From contig CAWAIF010000003.1 in assembly GCA_963782055.1 (NCBI GenBank), forward strand, positions 3,008,001 to 3,072,000: a stretch of 64,000 bases of DNA, in the 5' to 3' direction. Source of the stretch: an uncultured delta proteobacterium (GTDB lineage Bacteria; Myxococcota_A; Polyangia; Polyangiales; Polyangiaceae). Positions 1 to 10,411 of this stretch are shown here, one piece after another; within the stretch, counting starts at the first letter, position 1, and every line of letters starts with the position of its first letter. The notes under the pieces are model-generated. The model worked only from the letters and a program-made list of their open reading frames with translations. It searched no databases and was not told where the DNA came from. Position numbers and translations under genes: made by a program.

Positions 1-1581
1 GAGGTTCGCCTGCTGGACCTGCGCGGTGGCGATGAAGTTCTCGATGGAGCTGAAGCCCGCGCCGACCTGGAAGGTGCCCGTCGGCCGCTCGGCGATCTCG
101 AAGTTGATGACCACCTTGTCCGGCGCGGAGCCCTGCTCCGTCGTCACGTCCACCCGCTCGAAGTAGCCGAGCGCGGTGATGCGCTTCTTCGACTCCTCGA
201 CGCCGCTCTCCGAGTAAAGCTGCCCCTCCTGGATCTCCATCTCCCGGCGGAGCACCGAGTCGCGCGTCTTGGTGTTGCCCTTGATCTCGATGCGCTCGAT
301 GCGCACCGGCGGCCCGCGCTTGATGGGGATGACGATGTCCACCTGGGCGTGGACCGGGTCGATGTCGGTCTGCGGCTCCGCCTCCACGTCGTAGTAGCCC
401 GCGTCGCGGTAGAGCGTGCGCACCGCCTGGAGGTCCTTGACGACCTGCGCGCGGTTGAACCAGTCGCCCGACTGCGCGCGGATCATCTCGCGCAGCTTGC
501 GCCTGCCGCCGAGCGGCTCCACCTCGTTGCCGTCGGCGTCCTGCTCGAAGATCTTGAGCTGCCGGATCTTGTAGCGGGGGCCCTCGTGGATCGTGATGGT
601 GATCTCGATACCCTCGCGGTCGGTCGTGAGCATCACCCGCGGGGTGCCGATCTGCACGCCCATGTAGCCCTTGTCGTAATACAGGGCGTTGATCAGCAGG
701 ATGTCGCGCTCCAGCACGTCCTGGCGGTACGGGCCGCCGGAGCCGAAGTCGAAGATGCTCCCGTTGCCCGTCTGCATCACCTCCCGCAGCTCGCTCGAGG
801 GCACGTGCACGTTGCCGATGAAGGTCACGCGGCGGACGGTGACCTCCTGGTGCTCGACGATCTTGAAGCGGACGATGACCTCGTTGTCGCGCTGGGGCTC
901 GATCGACGAGTCCACGTTGGCGAGGAAGTAGCCCTTCTCCGCGTAGGCGTCCTTGATCTTCTGCACGCTGCGGCGCACCGCCGGCACGCTGAGGATGGTG
1001 TTGGGCTTGATCTCGATGGTCTCGGTGAGCTTGTCGTCGTCCAGCTCGTCGTTGCCGGAGAACTCGATGGCCTTGATGTTGGGCCGCTCCACCACCTTGA
1101 AGGTCAGGCGCACCCCGCGTGAGACCTGGGTGAGGTCCACCTGGATGTCCTCGAAGAAGCCGGAGTCCCACAGCGAGCGCACGTCGTTGGCGAGCGACTC
1201 CACCTTGAAGGTCTGCCCGGTGCGAAGGCGCATGTACGAGAGGACGTCGTCCTTGGCGATGCGCCCCTTGGGATCCTCGATCTCCACGCCCACGATGGGC
1301 AGGCCCTCGGCCTTCTCCGCCTCCGTCTGCGGCAGGCGGACGGCGGGGACCTCCATGGGGGCGGCGCCGGCGCCGGGCGTGGTGGCGGGGGGGGCGCCCG
1401 CGTCGGCGCCCGTCGCGAGGGGCGCTCCGCCATCCCTGGCGCCCTGGGCGGGGGCGGGGCGTACGCCGCCGTCGAGGGTCTGGGCCCACGCCACGCGCTG
1501 CCCACCGACCAGCAAGAGCGCGAGGGTCGCGAGGAGCCCGAGAACCAGGCGCAAGGCAGGACGACGGGGGTGGACGCTCAC
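1..1581 (-). CDS. bamA: Outer membrane protein assembly factor BamA, 5' part (signal peptide, POTRA domains, start of barrel); runs off the window edge
   Basis: Not in the ORF track. Manual minus-strand translation from GTG 1581 gives MSVHPRRPALRLVLGLLATLALLLVGG..., then POTRA motifs (IKGNTKTRDSVLRREM, LGYFERV) and ERPTGTFQVGAGFSSIENFIATAQVQQANL at the barrel start. Confidence 0.93.
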   Translation of the reverse strand, partial: MSVHPRRPALRLVLGLLATLALLLVGGQRVAWAQTLDGGVRPAPAQGARDGGAPLATGADAGAPPATTPGAGAAPMEVPAVRLPQTEAEKAEGLPIVGVEIEDPKGRIAKDDVLSYMRLRTGQTFKVESLANDVRSLWDSGFFEDIQVDLTQVSRGVRLTFKVVERPNIKAIEFSGNDELDDDKLTETIEIKPNTILSVPAVRRSVQKIKDAYAEKGYFLANVDSSIEPQRDNEVIVRFKIVEHQEVTVRRVTFIGNVHVPSSELREVMQTGNGSIFDFGSGGPYRQDVLERDILLINALYYDKGYMGVQIGTPRVMLTTDREGIEITITIHEGPRYKIRQLKIFEQDADGNEVEPLGGRRKLREMIRAQSGDWFNRAQVVKDLQAVRTLYRDAGYYDVEAEPQTDIDPVHAQVDIVIPIKRGPPVRIERIEIKGNTKTRDSVLRREMEIQEGQLYSESGVEESKKRITALGYFERVDVTTEQGSAPDKVVINFEIAERPTGTFQVGAGFSSIENFIATAQVQQANL

Positions 1582-1740
1582 AAGCGCGTACGCTCGTAGC
1601 GCACCCTCACGGGCACGGTCAACGACCGAATCGTGCCGCAAGACTGCACGATCGCGCCGAAATTCCGCCGGTCTCCCGCGTGCATGCCCGGCTCGGCAAC
1701 ACATCCGCCCCGCCTTCCATTCCTCGTCCCGGTGGGCTCT

Positions 1741-2988
1741 TTACGAAGTGGCGACCGCCGGCTCGCGGCGAGGGCGCACCAGCCACATGACGCCGCTCCC
1801 GGCGATGGCCAGGGGCAGCAGCAACATCCCGGTCTGCATCGTGGAGTGGTCGGCCACCGCCCCCACCATCGGCGGGCTCCAGAGGTCCCCGAGCAGGTGG
1901 ATGGAGAAGGTGGAGAGCGCCATCGCGCTGGCGCGGATCCCCGGCGGCACCGAGAGCAGGATGACGGCGTTGATGGGGGAGGTGGAGAGGAAGAGCGCGA
2001 TCTCGCACAGGAAGATGAGGGCGAAGAAGCCGAAGGCGCTGGGCGAGAGCAGGCAGGCGGCGGCCAGCGGCGCGCCCACGAAGCTGGCGATGGCGCACAC
2101 CCGCAGGTGCCCCGACGCCGCCGCCAGCCTGGAGGGCGCCGCCTCCGCCGGCCCGTCGACCCCCGCCCGGCGCTTGCGCGCCCACCGGTCTCCCCACGCC
2201 GAGCCCACCCCGGTGCCGATGGCCCCCGCCACGACGAGCAGCACGCCGAAGAGGTAGTTGGCGTGGTCCAGCTCCACCCCGTACTGCCCGTGGATGTACT
2301 TGGGCGCCCAGTGCGCGAACCCCCCCAGGGCGAAGGTGAAGAGGCAGTAGCCGAGCACCCCGCGCACGTAGAGCCGCTCGCGAAGCAGGGGCTTGATCAC
2401 CGAGAGGACAGGCTGCTTCTCACCCGGAAGGCGCGCCGGCTCGCGGATGAGCAGGCAGGCGAGGGCGAGCACCACGCCCGGACCGCCCACCAGCTCGAAG
2501 GCGACGCGCCAGCCGAGCTGCGCCTCGATGAAGCCGCCCACCAGGTAGCCGACCGCCGACCCCAGGGGGATGGCGAGGTAAAAGACGCCGAGCCAGCGGC
2601 CCTTGCGGTCGGAGGGGGCCATGTCGTCGATGATGGTGGGCGCCACCGCGGCGTAGCTCGCCTCGCCCACGCCGACCAGCGCGCGCGCGGCCAGCAGGGC
2701 GTGGAAGGAGTGCGCCTGCCCGGAGGCGTAGGTCGCCGCGCTCCAGACCAGCACGCCGAAGGCCATCAGCGCCTTGCGGCTGGTGCGATCCCCCAGCGCC
2801 CCGAAGATGGGGCTGGTGGCGAAGTAGCCGATGAGAAAGGCGGTCGCGAGCGCCCCTCCCTGGAAGTCGTCCAGGTGCAGGTCGTGCTGGACGCGCGGCA
2901 GGACGGCGGCCAGGACCGTCCGGTCGATGTAGTTGATGAAGTTGAGACCCGTGAGGATGCTGAGGATGAAGAGGGGCCGCTTGATCAT
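1741..2988 (-). CDS. MFS transporter (spinster-like)
   Basis: About 12 hydrophobic segments; NYIDR, GALGDRTSRK (MFS motif A) and ARALVGVGEASY motifs. Confidence 0.9.
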   Translation of the reverse strand: MIKRPLFILSILTGLNFINYIDRTVLAAVLPRVQHDLHLDDFQGGALATAFLIGYFATSPIFGALGDRTSRKALMAFGVLVWSAATYASGQAHSFHALLAARALVGVGEASYAAVAPTIIDDMAPSDRKGRWLGVFYLAIPLGSAVGYLVGGFIEAQLGWRVAFELVGGPGVVLALACLLIREPARLPGEKQPVLSVIKPLLRERLYVRGVLGYCLFTFALGGFAHWAPKYIHGQYGVELDHANYLFGVLLVVAGAIGTGVGSAWGDRWARKRRAGVDGPAEAAPSRLAAASGHLRVCAIASFVGAPLAAACLLSPSAFGFFALIFLCEIALFLSTSPINAVILLSVPPGIRASAMALSTFSIHLLGDLWSPPMVGAVADHSTMQTGMLLLPLAIAGSGVMWLVRPRREPAVATS

Positions 2989-3061
2989 CCGGGCGCGGAC
3001 GGTATCACCAACCCCGCCCCGGCCCGATAGGTCATCCCGGCCCTGCCGGCGCCATCCTTCC

Positions 3062-3091
3062 TTGACATCCGTTCACGTTGCACGGTACCTG
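3062..3091 (+). promoter_or_regulatory. Possible sigma70-type promoter of top6B-top6A
   Basis: Perfect TTGACA at 3062-3067; only a weak -10 (GTACCT/TACCTG) 17-18 bp downstream. Confidence 0.35.
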
Positions 3092-3099
3092 CGAAAACC

Positions 3100-5049
3100 A
3101 TGGCGACGAAGAAGCACTCGCCCCCGAAGAAGGCCGCCAGGACGGGGAAGGCCGCGCACGCGGGGAAGGCCCACGCGGGCAAGGCGGTCAAGGCCGTCAA
3201 GGCTGCGAAGGCGGCCCCGCCGCCCCGGCCCGCCGCCGCGATCGCCCCGCCGCCGCCGGTCGCCCCGCCCCCGTCGGAGCCGTCCGCCCCGCGCGTCGAC
3301 CGCAAGCCCGCCCGGCGCGCCACCGCCGAGACGATGGGCCAGCGCCAGCGGGAGATCTCGGTCTCCGAGTTCTTCACCAAGAACCGCCACCTCCTCGGCT
3401 TCGACAACCCCGCCAAGGCGCTGCTCACCACGGTCAAGGAGGCGGTCGACAACGCCCTCGACGCCTGCGAGGAGGCCGGCATCCTCCCCGAGCTCCTGGT
3501 GGAGATCACCGAGGCCCAGGGCGGCCGCTTCCGCGTCGCGGTGGAGGACAACGGCCCCGGCATCGTCAAGCCGCAGATCCCCAAGATCTTCGCCAAGCTC
3601 CTGTACGGCTCCAAGTTCCACCGCCTGCGGCAGTCGCGCGGGCAGCAGGGCATCGGCATCAGCGCCGCCGGCCTGTACGCGCAGCTCACCACCGGCAAGC
3701 CGGTGCAGATCACCTCCCGCACCGGGAAGGGGAGGCCCGCCTTCCGCATCGACCTGCGCATCGACACCAAGCGCAACCAGCCGGACGTGGTGCGCGACGA
3801 GACGGTGGAGTGGGACAAGGACCACGGCACCCGCGTCGAGATGGAGCTCGTCGCCGCCTACCGCGGCGGCCGCACCGGCGTGCAGGAGTACCTGGAGCAG
3901 ACGGTCGTCGCCAACCCGCACCTGGGCCTGGAGTACCGCCCGCCGAAGGGGGAGCCCTCCCTCTTCCCGCGCGTCTCCGACGAGCTGCCGCGCGAGCCGC
4001 ACGAGATCAAGCCGCACCCCCACGGCGTCGAGCTGGGGATGCTCATGAGCATGCTGCAGGACTCGCCGAAGAAGACGGTGAAGCAGGTGCTCACCGACGA
4101 CTTCTCCCGCGTGAGCTCGGCGGTGGCGGAGCAGATCTGCAAGCGCGCGGGCGTGACCTCCAAGGCGAGGGCCGGATCCATCCACGGCGAGGCGATCGAC
4201 CGGCTCCACAAGGCGATGGGCGAGGTGAAGATCATGGCGCCCCCGGCGTCGAGCGTCGTCCCCATCGGGGAGGAGCTGCTCATCGAGGGCCTCAAGCGTC
4301 GCTACCCCGCCGCCGAGTTCTTCTCGTCCACGACGCGCCCGCCGTCGGTCTACCGCGGCAACCCCTTCGTGGTGGAGGTCGGCCTCGCCTACGGCGGCGA
4401 TCTGCCCGCCGACGATCCGGCGGACATCCTGCGCCTCGCCAATCGCGTGCCGCTGCAGTACCAGCCGAAGGCCTGCGCGATCACCGAGTCGGTCTACCAG
4501 ACCAACTGGCGCGCCTACACGCTCTCGCAGCCGAAGGGCTCGCTGCCCATCGCGCCCATGGCGCTCGCCGTGCACCTGGCCAGCGTGTGGGTGCCCTTCA
4601 CCAGCGAGGCGAAGGAGGCGGTCGCCCACTACGACGAGCTGCTCAAGGAGATGAAGCTCGCCATCCAGGAGTGCGGCCGCAAGCTGGGCGCGCACCTGCG
4701 GGCGCGCGAGCGCGCGCTCGGCGAGCAGAAGCGCCTGACCCTCTTCCAGCGCTACATCCCGGAGGTCTCGCAGGCGATGGCCGACATCCTCGGGCTGAAC
4801 GCGGAGGAGATCGCCAAGCAGTTCCACAAGACCTTACCGAAGTTCGTGCACCTCGCGACGGAGGAGCCCGGCGGGTCCGTGCCCCCGCCGCCGCCGAGCA
4901 TGGCGCCGCCCCCGGGCGACGATGGCGCGGAGACTCCCTCGGTCCCGCCGCCGCCCCGCGGGCCGAAGGCGCGCGCCGCCGGCAAGGGCAAGGCGGGCGG
5001 CAAGAAGAAGGGCAAGGCCGGGCGGGGCGAGCAGCTCACGCTCATCTGA
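3100..5049 (+). CDS. top6B: DNA topoisomerase VI subunit B
   Basis: [23 protein letters not shown] motifs ([32 protein letters not shown]), transducer motifs [11 protein letters not shown] and [15 protein letters not shown]-rich tails. Confidence 0.96.
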   Translation: MATKKHSPPKKAARTGKAAHAGKAHAGKAVKAVKAAKAAPPPRPAAAIAPPPPVAPPPSEPSAPRVDRKPARRATAETMGQRQREISVSEFFTKNRHLLGFDNPAKALLTTVKEAVDNALDACEEAGILPELLVEITEAQGGRFRVAVEDNGPGIVKPQIPKIFAKLLYGSKFHRLRQSRGQQGIGISAAGLYAQLTTGKPVQITSRTGKGRPAFRIDLRIDTKRNQPDVVRDETVEWDKDHGTRVEMELVAAYRGGRTGVQEYLEQTVVANPHLGLEYRPPKGEPSLFPRVSDELPREPHEIKPHPHGVELGMLMSMLQDSPKKTVKQVLTDDFSRVSSAVAEQICKRAGVTSKARAGSIHGEAIDRLHKAMGEVKIMAPPASSVVPIGEELLIEGLKRRYPAAEFFSSTTRPPSVYRGNPFVVEVGLAYGGDLPADDPADILRLANRVPLQYQPKACAITESVYQTNWRAYTLSQPKGSLPIAPMALAVHLASVWVPFTSEAKEAVAHYDELLKEMKLAIQECGRKLGAHLRARERALGEQKRLTLFQRYIPEVSQAMADILGLNAEEIAKQFHKTLPKFVHLATEEPGGSVPPPPPSMAPPPGDDGAETPSVPPPPRGPKARAAGKGKAGGKKKGKAGRGEQLTLI

Positions 5050-5060
5050 GAGGATCGACC

Positions 5061-6191
5061 ATGGCCGCCAGGAAAGCAGCGCCGAAGAAGAAGAGCGCCT
5101 CGGACACCGACAAGAAGACCCTCGGCAAGCTGGACAAGCTCGCGGCGCGCGCGCTGGCCGCGGTGAGGGGGGGGAAGAACCCGGCGCTGGACATCCGCGT
5201 GCGCGCCCTCTCCAACGTCAACTTCAACGAGAAGCGGCGCATCATCGAGCTGGGCGACTACACCCAGTCGCGCGAGTTCTTCAACACCTCGATGGCTCGC
5301 AAGTTCATGCAGACGTTCCTGGTGGCGAGCAAGTGCAAGGATCTCGTCGAGCAGGACAAGACGGTCACCATCCGTCAGATGTTCTACCTCTGCAAGCACA
5401 CCCTCCGCGGCACGAGCGAGAACACCTTCGAGGAGCAGTCGGAGAGCGACCCCATCATCGAGGACCTGGAGGTCACGGTGGACGCCCTGCGCGAGGAGCT
5501 CCACCTCTTCGCCAACAAGAAGGGCCTCATCGCGGGCGAGCTGGTCGTCAACGACGCCGGCGACGAGATCGATCTGACCCGCATGGGTCGCGGCGGGTGG
5601 GGCATCCCCAGCATCTGCGAGCCCGACCAGCTCAAGTTCGTCCGTCACAAGGCGGAGTTCGTGCTGCTGGTGGAGAAGGCCGCCGTGTGGCAGCGCCTGA
5701 ACGAGGACGGCTTCTGGAAGAAGCACAAGTGCATCCTCATGACCAGCGAGGGCCAGGCCCCGCGCGGCGTGCGCCGCCTGCTCCAGCGCTTCGCCACCGA
5801 GATGAAGCTCCCCATCTACGTGCTCGTCGACAACAATCCGTGGGGGCTCTACATCTACTCCGTCCTCAAGCAGGGGAGCATCAACCTCGCCTACGAGTCG
5901 ATGCGCATGGCGGTCCCCAACGTGCGCTTCCTCGGGATGAGCGCCTTCGACTACGAGAAGTTCAAGCTGAGCAAGGCGGTCGAGATCAAGCTCTCGCAGA
6001 AGGACGTCGCGCGCGCCTCGCAGATGAAGGCGTACCCCTGGTTCGCCGACAAGAAGTGGCAGCGGGAGATCGACGCCACGGTGAAGCACGGCTTCAAGAT
6101 GGAGGTCGACTCCCTCCTGACCAAGTACGTCAGCTTCATCACCGAGGAGTACATCCCGAAGAAGCTGAAGGACCGCGACTGGCTGGTGTGA
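5061..6191 (+). CDS. top6A: DNA topoisomerase VI subunit A (Spo11-like)
   Basis: ATG 5061 after GAGAGGA; RQMFY catalytic-Tyr helix, EQSESDPIIEDLEV, TOPRIM VLLVEK and LVDNNPWG. The ORF track over-extends this frame to 3078. Confidence 0.94.
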   Translation: MAARKAAPKKKSASDTDKKTLGKLDKLAARALAAVRGGKNPALDIRVRALSNVNFNEKRRIIELGDYTQSREFFNTSMARKFMQTFLVASKCKDLVEQDKTVTIRQMFYLCKHTLRGTSENTFEEQSESDPIIEDLEVTVDALREELHLFANKKGLIAGELVVNDAGDEIDLTRMGRGGWGIPSICEPDQLKFVRHKAEFVLLVEKAAVWQRLNEDGFWKKHKCILMTSEGQAPRGVRRLLQRFATEMKLPIYVLVDNNPWGLYIYSVLKQGSINLAYESMRMAVPNVRFLGMSAFDYEKFKLSKAVEIKLSQKDVARASQMKAYPWFADKKWQREIDATVKHGFKMEVDSLLTKYVSFITEEYIPKKLKDRDWLV

Positions 6192-6423
6192 GCTGGCGGT
6201 CGCCACGGTCAGTCCGTCCTGGGCGTGCGCGAGCCAGGTGGGGGGCGGTCTTCCAGCTGCGCAGGTGGTGAAGGCAGGCGGAACGCGGTGGACACCTCCG
6301 GCGGTCGAGGGTATGGACCCGCGTTCGACCGGTGGATCGTGAGCGATCCAGTGTCGCTACCAAATTCCGCGGGCACGCGTGGAAACTTGGGCGTAATATG
6401 TGATGTTGCAGGATGTGGGATGG

Positions 6424-6439
6424 CGGCACGTGGCGTGCA
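6424..6439 (+). promoter_or_regulatory. Putative sigma54 (-24/-12) promoter of the lipoprotein pair
   Basis: CGGCACGTGGCGTGCA has GG(6425-6426)-N10-GC(6437-6438); palindrome TGGATCG-N4-CGATCCA upstream at 6333-6350. Confidence 0.5.
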
Positions 6440-6474
6440 CCTGCGAGGCGCCTACCCCTACTCGAGGTGACGTG

Positions 6475-7645
6475 ATGAGGCTTCGCTGGCTCCTTCCTTT
6501 GCTGGCCGTGTCGGTTGCTGCATGCAGCGGCGCGAAGGGCTCCGGTTTCGGCAACGGCTCGGGAGACGGCGGCGACCCCTTCCAGGACCCCGACTCCGGC
6601 GGTTTCAAGAGCGGCGAAGGCGGCACGACAGGCGGCGGCTGCAACCCCGACCCCGGCAACTTCGACATCCCCGGCAACAACTGCGACGACGACGGCGACG
6701 GCACCGTCGACAACCCGCCCAACTGCGACACCGGCCTCTCCATGACCGGCCCCGCGGCGGACTTCGCCAAGGCGATCGGCCTCTGCAAGACGTCCTCCGG
6801 CGGCTCGTGGGGCGTCGTCTCGGCGACCTACACGCAGGGCTACAAGAGCAACAAGGCGCCGGACGCCAACCAGCACGGCATCCTCACCAAGTTCGGCACC
6901 AAGATCAAACCGCGGCAGGGCAGCGCGCTCGGGGCGCTCAGCTCCGGCTACGCGCGCGACAAGGACAACTGCTCCACCAACTTCGGCGATCCGGGCGCCT
7001 TCAAGGGCGGCTGCGAGATGACCGGCGGCGGCGCGGCGCCCCCCGGCTTCCCCAAGGACTCGCCGAGCTGCCCGCAGGGCCAGATCTCGCAGACCGTCAA
7101 CGACGTGGCGGACCTGAAGCTCGTCGTGAAGGTGCCGAACAACGCCAAGGGCTTCTCCTTCGACTTCGACTTCTGGTCGGGCGAGTGGCCGGAGTTCGTG
7201 TGCACCGAGTTCAACGACTCCTTCATCGCCTACCTGACGAGCAAGGCGTTCAACGGCGGGGCGGCGGACAACATCTCCTTCGACTCCAACAAGAACCCCG
7301 TCAGCGTCAACAACGGCTTCTTCGACCGCTGCTCGCCCGGCTCCGGCCTGGGCTGCGGGAACTTCCCCGCCAACTACAAGTACTGCGGCAGCGGCAACTC
7401 GGAGCTGCAGGGCACCGGCTTCTACGACCCGGGCGATCACTGCTTCAGCGGCAACAACGACTCCGGCGGCGGCGCCACCGGCTGGCTCACCACCAGCGCC
7501 CCGGTGCAGCAGGGGGAGACCATCACCCTCGAGTTCATGGTCTGGGACACCGGCGATCAGAATCTACGACTCCACCGTCCTGCTCGACAACTGGCAGTGG
7601 CAGGCCGGCGACACCGTCGTGGGCACCGGCCGCCCGCCGAATTGA
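6475..7645 (+). CDS. Cys/Gly-rich lipoprotein, choice-of-anchor-L-like, with an apparent +1 frameshift near 7561
   Basis: RBS GAGGTG, lipobox VAAC, PGNNCDDDGDGTVDN motif, FDFDFWSGEWPEFVCTEFNDSF. Removing one A at 7561 restores GDQIYDSTVLLDNWQWQAGDTVVGTGRPPN*, collinear with the downstream paralogue. Confidence 0.8.
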
Positions 7646-7685
7646 GACGTTCCTTTCTTCCCAAAACGACGCGAGGTGAATCCCC

Positions 7686-8882
7686 ATGAGCAGAACGGTT
7701 GCAATCTCCGCCCTGGCGGTTCTCCTCGCGGCGTGCAGCAGCAAGCCATCGAGCGGCTTCGGTGACGCCGGCCCCAACGGGGGCGGGGACAGCGGGACCG
7801 TCGGCGACGACGGCGGGGGGCTGAGTCAGGACGACGGCGGCTTCAACTTCGGTGACGCTCAGACCGGCGACGGCGCGGTGCCGACGTGCAACCCCAGCCC
7901 GGGCAACTACGACATCCCGGGCAACAACTGCGACGACGACGGCGACGGCCAGACCGACAACGCCCCCAACTGCGACACCAACCTGCCGGCCACCGGCGAC
8001 GCCATGGCCTTCGCCAAGGCCATCGGCCTCTGCCAGACGGCCTCCGGGCCGAACGACACCAAGTGGGGCGTCATCTCCGCCGTCTACGCCAACGGCTACC
8101 AGAGCAACGCCGCGCCGGTCGCCGCGCAGCACGGCATCCTCAAGAAGTTCGGCAACAAGCTGAAGGCGCGGCAAGGCGGCCAGTTCGGCGTGCTCAGCTC
8201 CGGCTACGCGCAGGAGTACGACCAGTGCTACGGGCAGGGGCCCTTCAAGGGCGGGTGCGGCATGGGCGGGTCCTCCGCAGGCGCGCCCCCCGGCTACCCC
8301 AAGGCGGCGGGCAGCTGCACAGTCAGCAACGTCGTCAACGACGTCGCCACCGTGCGCCTGAAGATCAAGGTGCCCAACAACGCCAAGGGCATCGGGTTCG
8401 ACTTCAACTTCGGCTCGGGGGAGTGGCCGGAGTTCGTCTGCACCACCTTCAACGACTCGTACATCGCCTGGTACCAGAGCTCCGCCTTCAACGGCGGCAA
8501 GCCGGAGAACATCTCCTACCAGCTCGTCGGCAAGCAGCAGTATCCGATCAACGTCAACAGCGGCTTCTTCGACCGCTGCTCGCCCAGCTCCGGTCTGGGC
8601 GGCTGCCAGCTCCCCAGCCAGTACTGCGCGGGCGGCGACTCCGAGCTGCAGGGCACCGGCTTCTACAATCCGGGCAGCCACTGCGGCGGGGCGACGGACT
8701 CCGGCGGCGGCATGACCGGGTGGCTCACCACGCAGGCGCCCGCCAAGCCGGGCGAGGTCATCACCATCGAGTTCATGGTGTGGGACACCGGCGATGACAT
8801 CTACGACTCCAGCGTCCTCATCGACAACTGGCAGTGGCAGGCCGGGGACACCACCGTCGGCACGGTCCGACCCCCGAACTGA
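7686..8882 (+). CDS. Cys/Gly-rich lipoprotein, choice-of-anchor-L-like; tandem paralogue of 6475-7645
   Basis: Lipobox LAAC; shares PGNNCDDDGDG, GEWPEFVCT.FNDS, GGG.TGWLTT and EFMVWDTGD motifs. Confidence 0.85.
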   Translation: MSRTVAISALAVLLAACSSKPSSGFGDAGPNGGGDSGTVGDDGGGLSQDDGGFNFGDAQTGDGAVPTCNPSPGNYDIPGNNCDDDGDGQTDNAPNCDTNLPATGDAMAFAKAIGLCQTASGPNDTKWGVISAVYANGYQSNAAPVAAQHGILKKFGNKLKARQGGQFGVLSSGYAQEYDQCYGQGPFKGGCGMGGSSAGAPPGYPKAAGSCTVSNVVNDVATVRLKIKVPNNAKGIGFDFNFGSGEWPEFVCTTFNDSYIAWYQSSAFNGGKPENISYQLVGKQQYPINVNSGFFDRCSPSSGLGGCQLPSQYCAGGDSELQGTGFYNPGSHCGGATDSGGGMTGWLTTQAPAKPGEVITIEFMVWDTGDDIYDSSVLIDNWQWQAGDTTVGTVRPPN

Positions 8883-8967
8883 GCCTCACCCCCCCCGGCC
8901 CCCCTGTCCCTGCGAGGGAGAGGGGGAAGAACACAGAGGGCCCAGACCGAGGGGGGGCCGAGGGGGG
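8883..8967. repeat. REP-like palindromic extragenic element, with a partial inverted second copy
   Basis: GCCTCACCCCCCCCGGCCCCCCTGTCCCTGCGAGGGAGAGGGGGA starts right after the stop codon; near-identical copy at 24627; AGGGGGGGCCGAGGGGGG (8950-8967) is complementary to the left arm. Confidence 0.7.
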
Positions 8968-9010
8968 CTTTGGGCATGGACTCTGCGGACAGGCCTGGTA
9001 ACAGGTCGGC

Positions 9011-10411
9011 ATGTTCAAGAAGGTCCTCATCGCGAACCGGGGGGAGATCGCGCGGCGGGTGATCCGCACGTGCAAGCGTCTGGGCATCGCCACCGTCGCC
9101 GTCTACTCCGAGGCGGACGCCGACGCGCCGCACGTCTCCGACGCCGACGAGGCGGTGCTCCTCGGGCCCGCGCCGGCGAAGGAGTCGTACCTCAACATCG
9201 ACGCGCTGGTGGCCGCCGTCCGCAAGACGGGCGCGGACGCGGTGCACCCGGGCTACGGCTTCCTCAGCGAGAAGCCGGCCTTCGCGCGCGCGGTGGCGGA
9301 GGCGGGGGTGACCTTCGTCGGCCCGCCGCCCGCCGTGCTCGAGGCCTTCGGCGACAAGATGAAGGCGCGCCACGTGGCCGTCGCCGCCGGCACCTCCCCG
9401 GTGCCCGGCACCGACGCGCCCATCCCCATCGACACCCCCGAGGACCTCGCGCGCGCCCACGAGGAGGCGCGGCGCGTCGGCTTCCCCATCGTCGTCAAGG
9501 CCGTCGGCGGCGGCGGCGGCATCGGCATGCAGATCGTCAAGGACGAGGCGCAGCTCGATCGCGCCCTCAAGAGCTGCTCCGACCGCGGCAAGGCCAGCTT
9601 CGCCGACGCGCGCGTGTACCTGGAGCGGTACGCGAGCGAGCCGCGCCACATCGAGGTGCAGATCTTCTCCGACACCCACGGCGCCTTCTACGCGCTGGGC
9701 GAGCGCGAGTGCAGCATGCAGCGGCGCCACCAGAAGATCGTCGAGGAGACGCCCTCGGCGGCGGCCTTCTTCACCGGCGAGGCCGGCGAGAAGCGCCGGC
9801 GCGATCTGCACGAGGCCGCGCTGCGCGTGGTGCGGCAGGTCGGCTACGTGGGCGCCGGCACCTGCGAGTTCATCGCCGACGCCGAGGGCAACCTGTACTT
9901 CCTGGAGGTGAACGCGCGCCTGCAGGTGGAGCACCCGGTGACCGAGATGGTGACCGGCCTGGATCTCGTCGAGCTGCAGCTCCGCGTCGCGGCGGGGGAG
10001 AAGCTGCCCGACCTCTCCACCGTCGCGCGCAAGGGCCACGCCATCGAGGCGCGCGTCTACGCCGAGGACCCCAGCAAGAACTTCATCCCCAAGCCTGGCG
10101 CCATCGACGAGCTCGTCTGGGCGGGCGAGGCCGGCGAGGCGCAGGGTCCGTCGCTGCGCGTGGAGTCCGGAGTGCGCGCCGGCAACAAGGTGACGCCCTA
10201 CTACGACCCGATGGTCGCCAAGGTGGTCGCCTGGGGCGAGACGCGCGAGGCCGCGATCGCCGGCCTGGACGCGGCGCTGGAGAAGACCAAGATCGCGCCG
10301 CTGGTGACCAACGTGCCCTTCGTGCGCAGGCTGCTCGCGACCGAGGAGTTCCGCTCAGGCCACTACGACACGACCACGGCGGAGGCCGTGGCGAAGCGCC
10401 CGGCGAACTGA
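9011..10411 (+). CDS. accC: Biotin carboxylase subunit of an acyl-CoA carboxylase (no BCCP domain)
   Basis: MFKKVLIANRGEIA, HPGYGFLSE, GGGGGIGM, RECSMQRRHQK, FLEVNARLQVEHPVTE, YYDPMVAK. Confidence 0.9.
   Translation: MFKKVLIANRGEIARRVIRTCKRLGIATVAVYSEADADAPHVSDADEAVLLGPAPAKESYLNIDALVAAVRKTGADAVHPGYGFLSEKPAFARAVAEAGVTFVGPPPAVLEAFGDKMKARHVAVAAGTSPVPGTDAPIPIDTPEDLARAHEEARRVGFPIVVKAVGGGGGIGMQIVKDEAQLDRALKSCSDRGKASFADARVYLERYASEPRHIEVQIFSDTHGAFYALGERECSMQRRHQKIVEETPSAAAFFTGEAGEKRRRDLHEAALRVVRQVGYVGAGTCEFIADAEGNLYFLEVNARLQVEHPVTEMVTGLDLVELQLRVAAGEKLPDLSTVARKGHAIEARVYAEDPSKNFIPKPGAIDELVWAGEAGEAQGPSLRVESGVRAGNKVTPYYDPMVAKVVAWGETREAAIAGLDAALEKTKIAPLVTNVPFVRRLLATEEFRSGHYDTTTAEAVAKRPAN

Noticed and set aside
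349..2257. Long plus-strand ORFs 349-1122 and 953-2257
   Set aside because: Antisense shadows of bamA and the MFS gene; stop-poor frames are expected at this GC content.
3078..5060. 1037-aa ORF suggesting a giant Top6A fusion
   Set aside because: The upstream part is an off-frame read of top6B; the real Top6A starts at ATG 5061 with an RBS.
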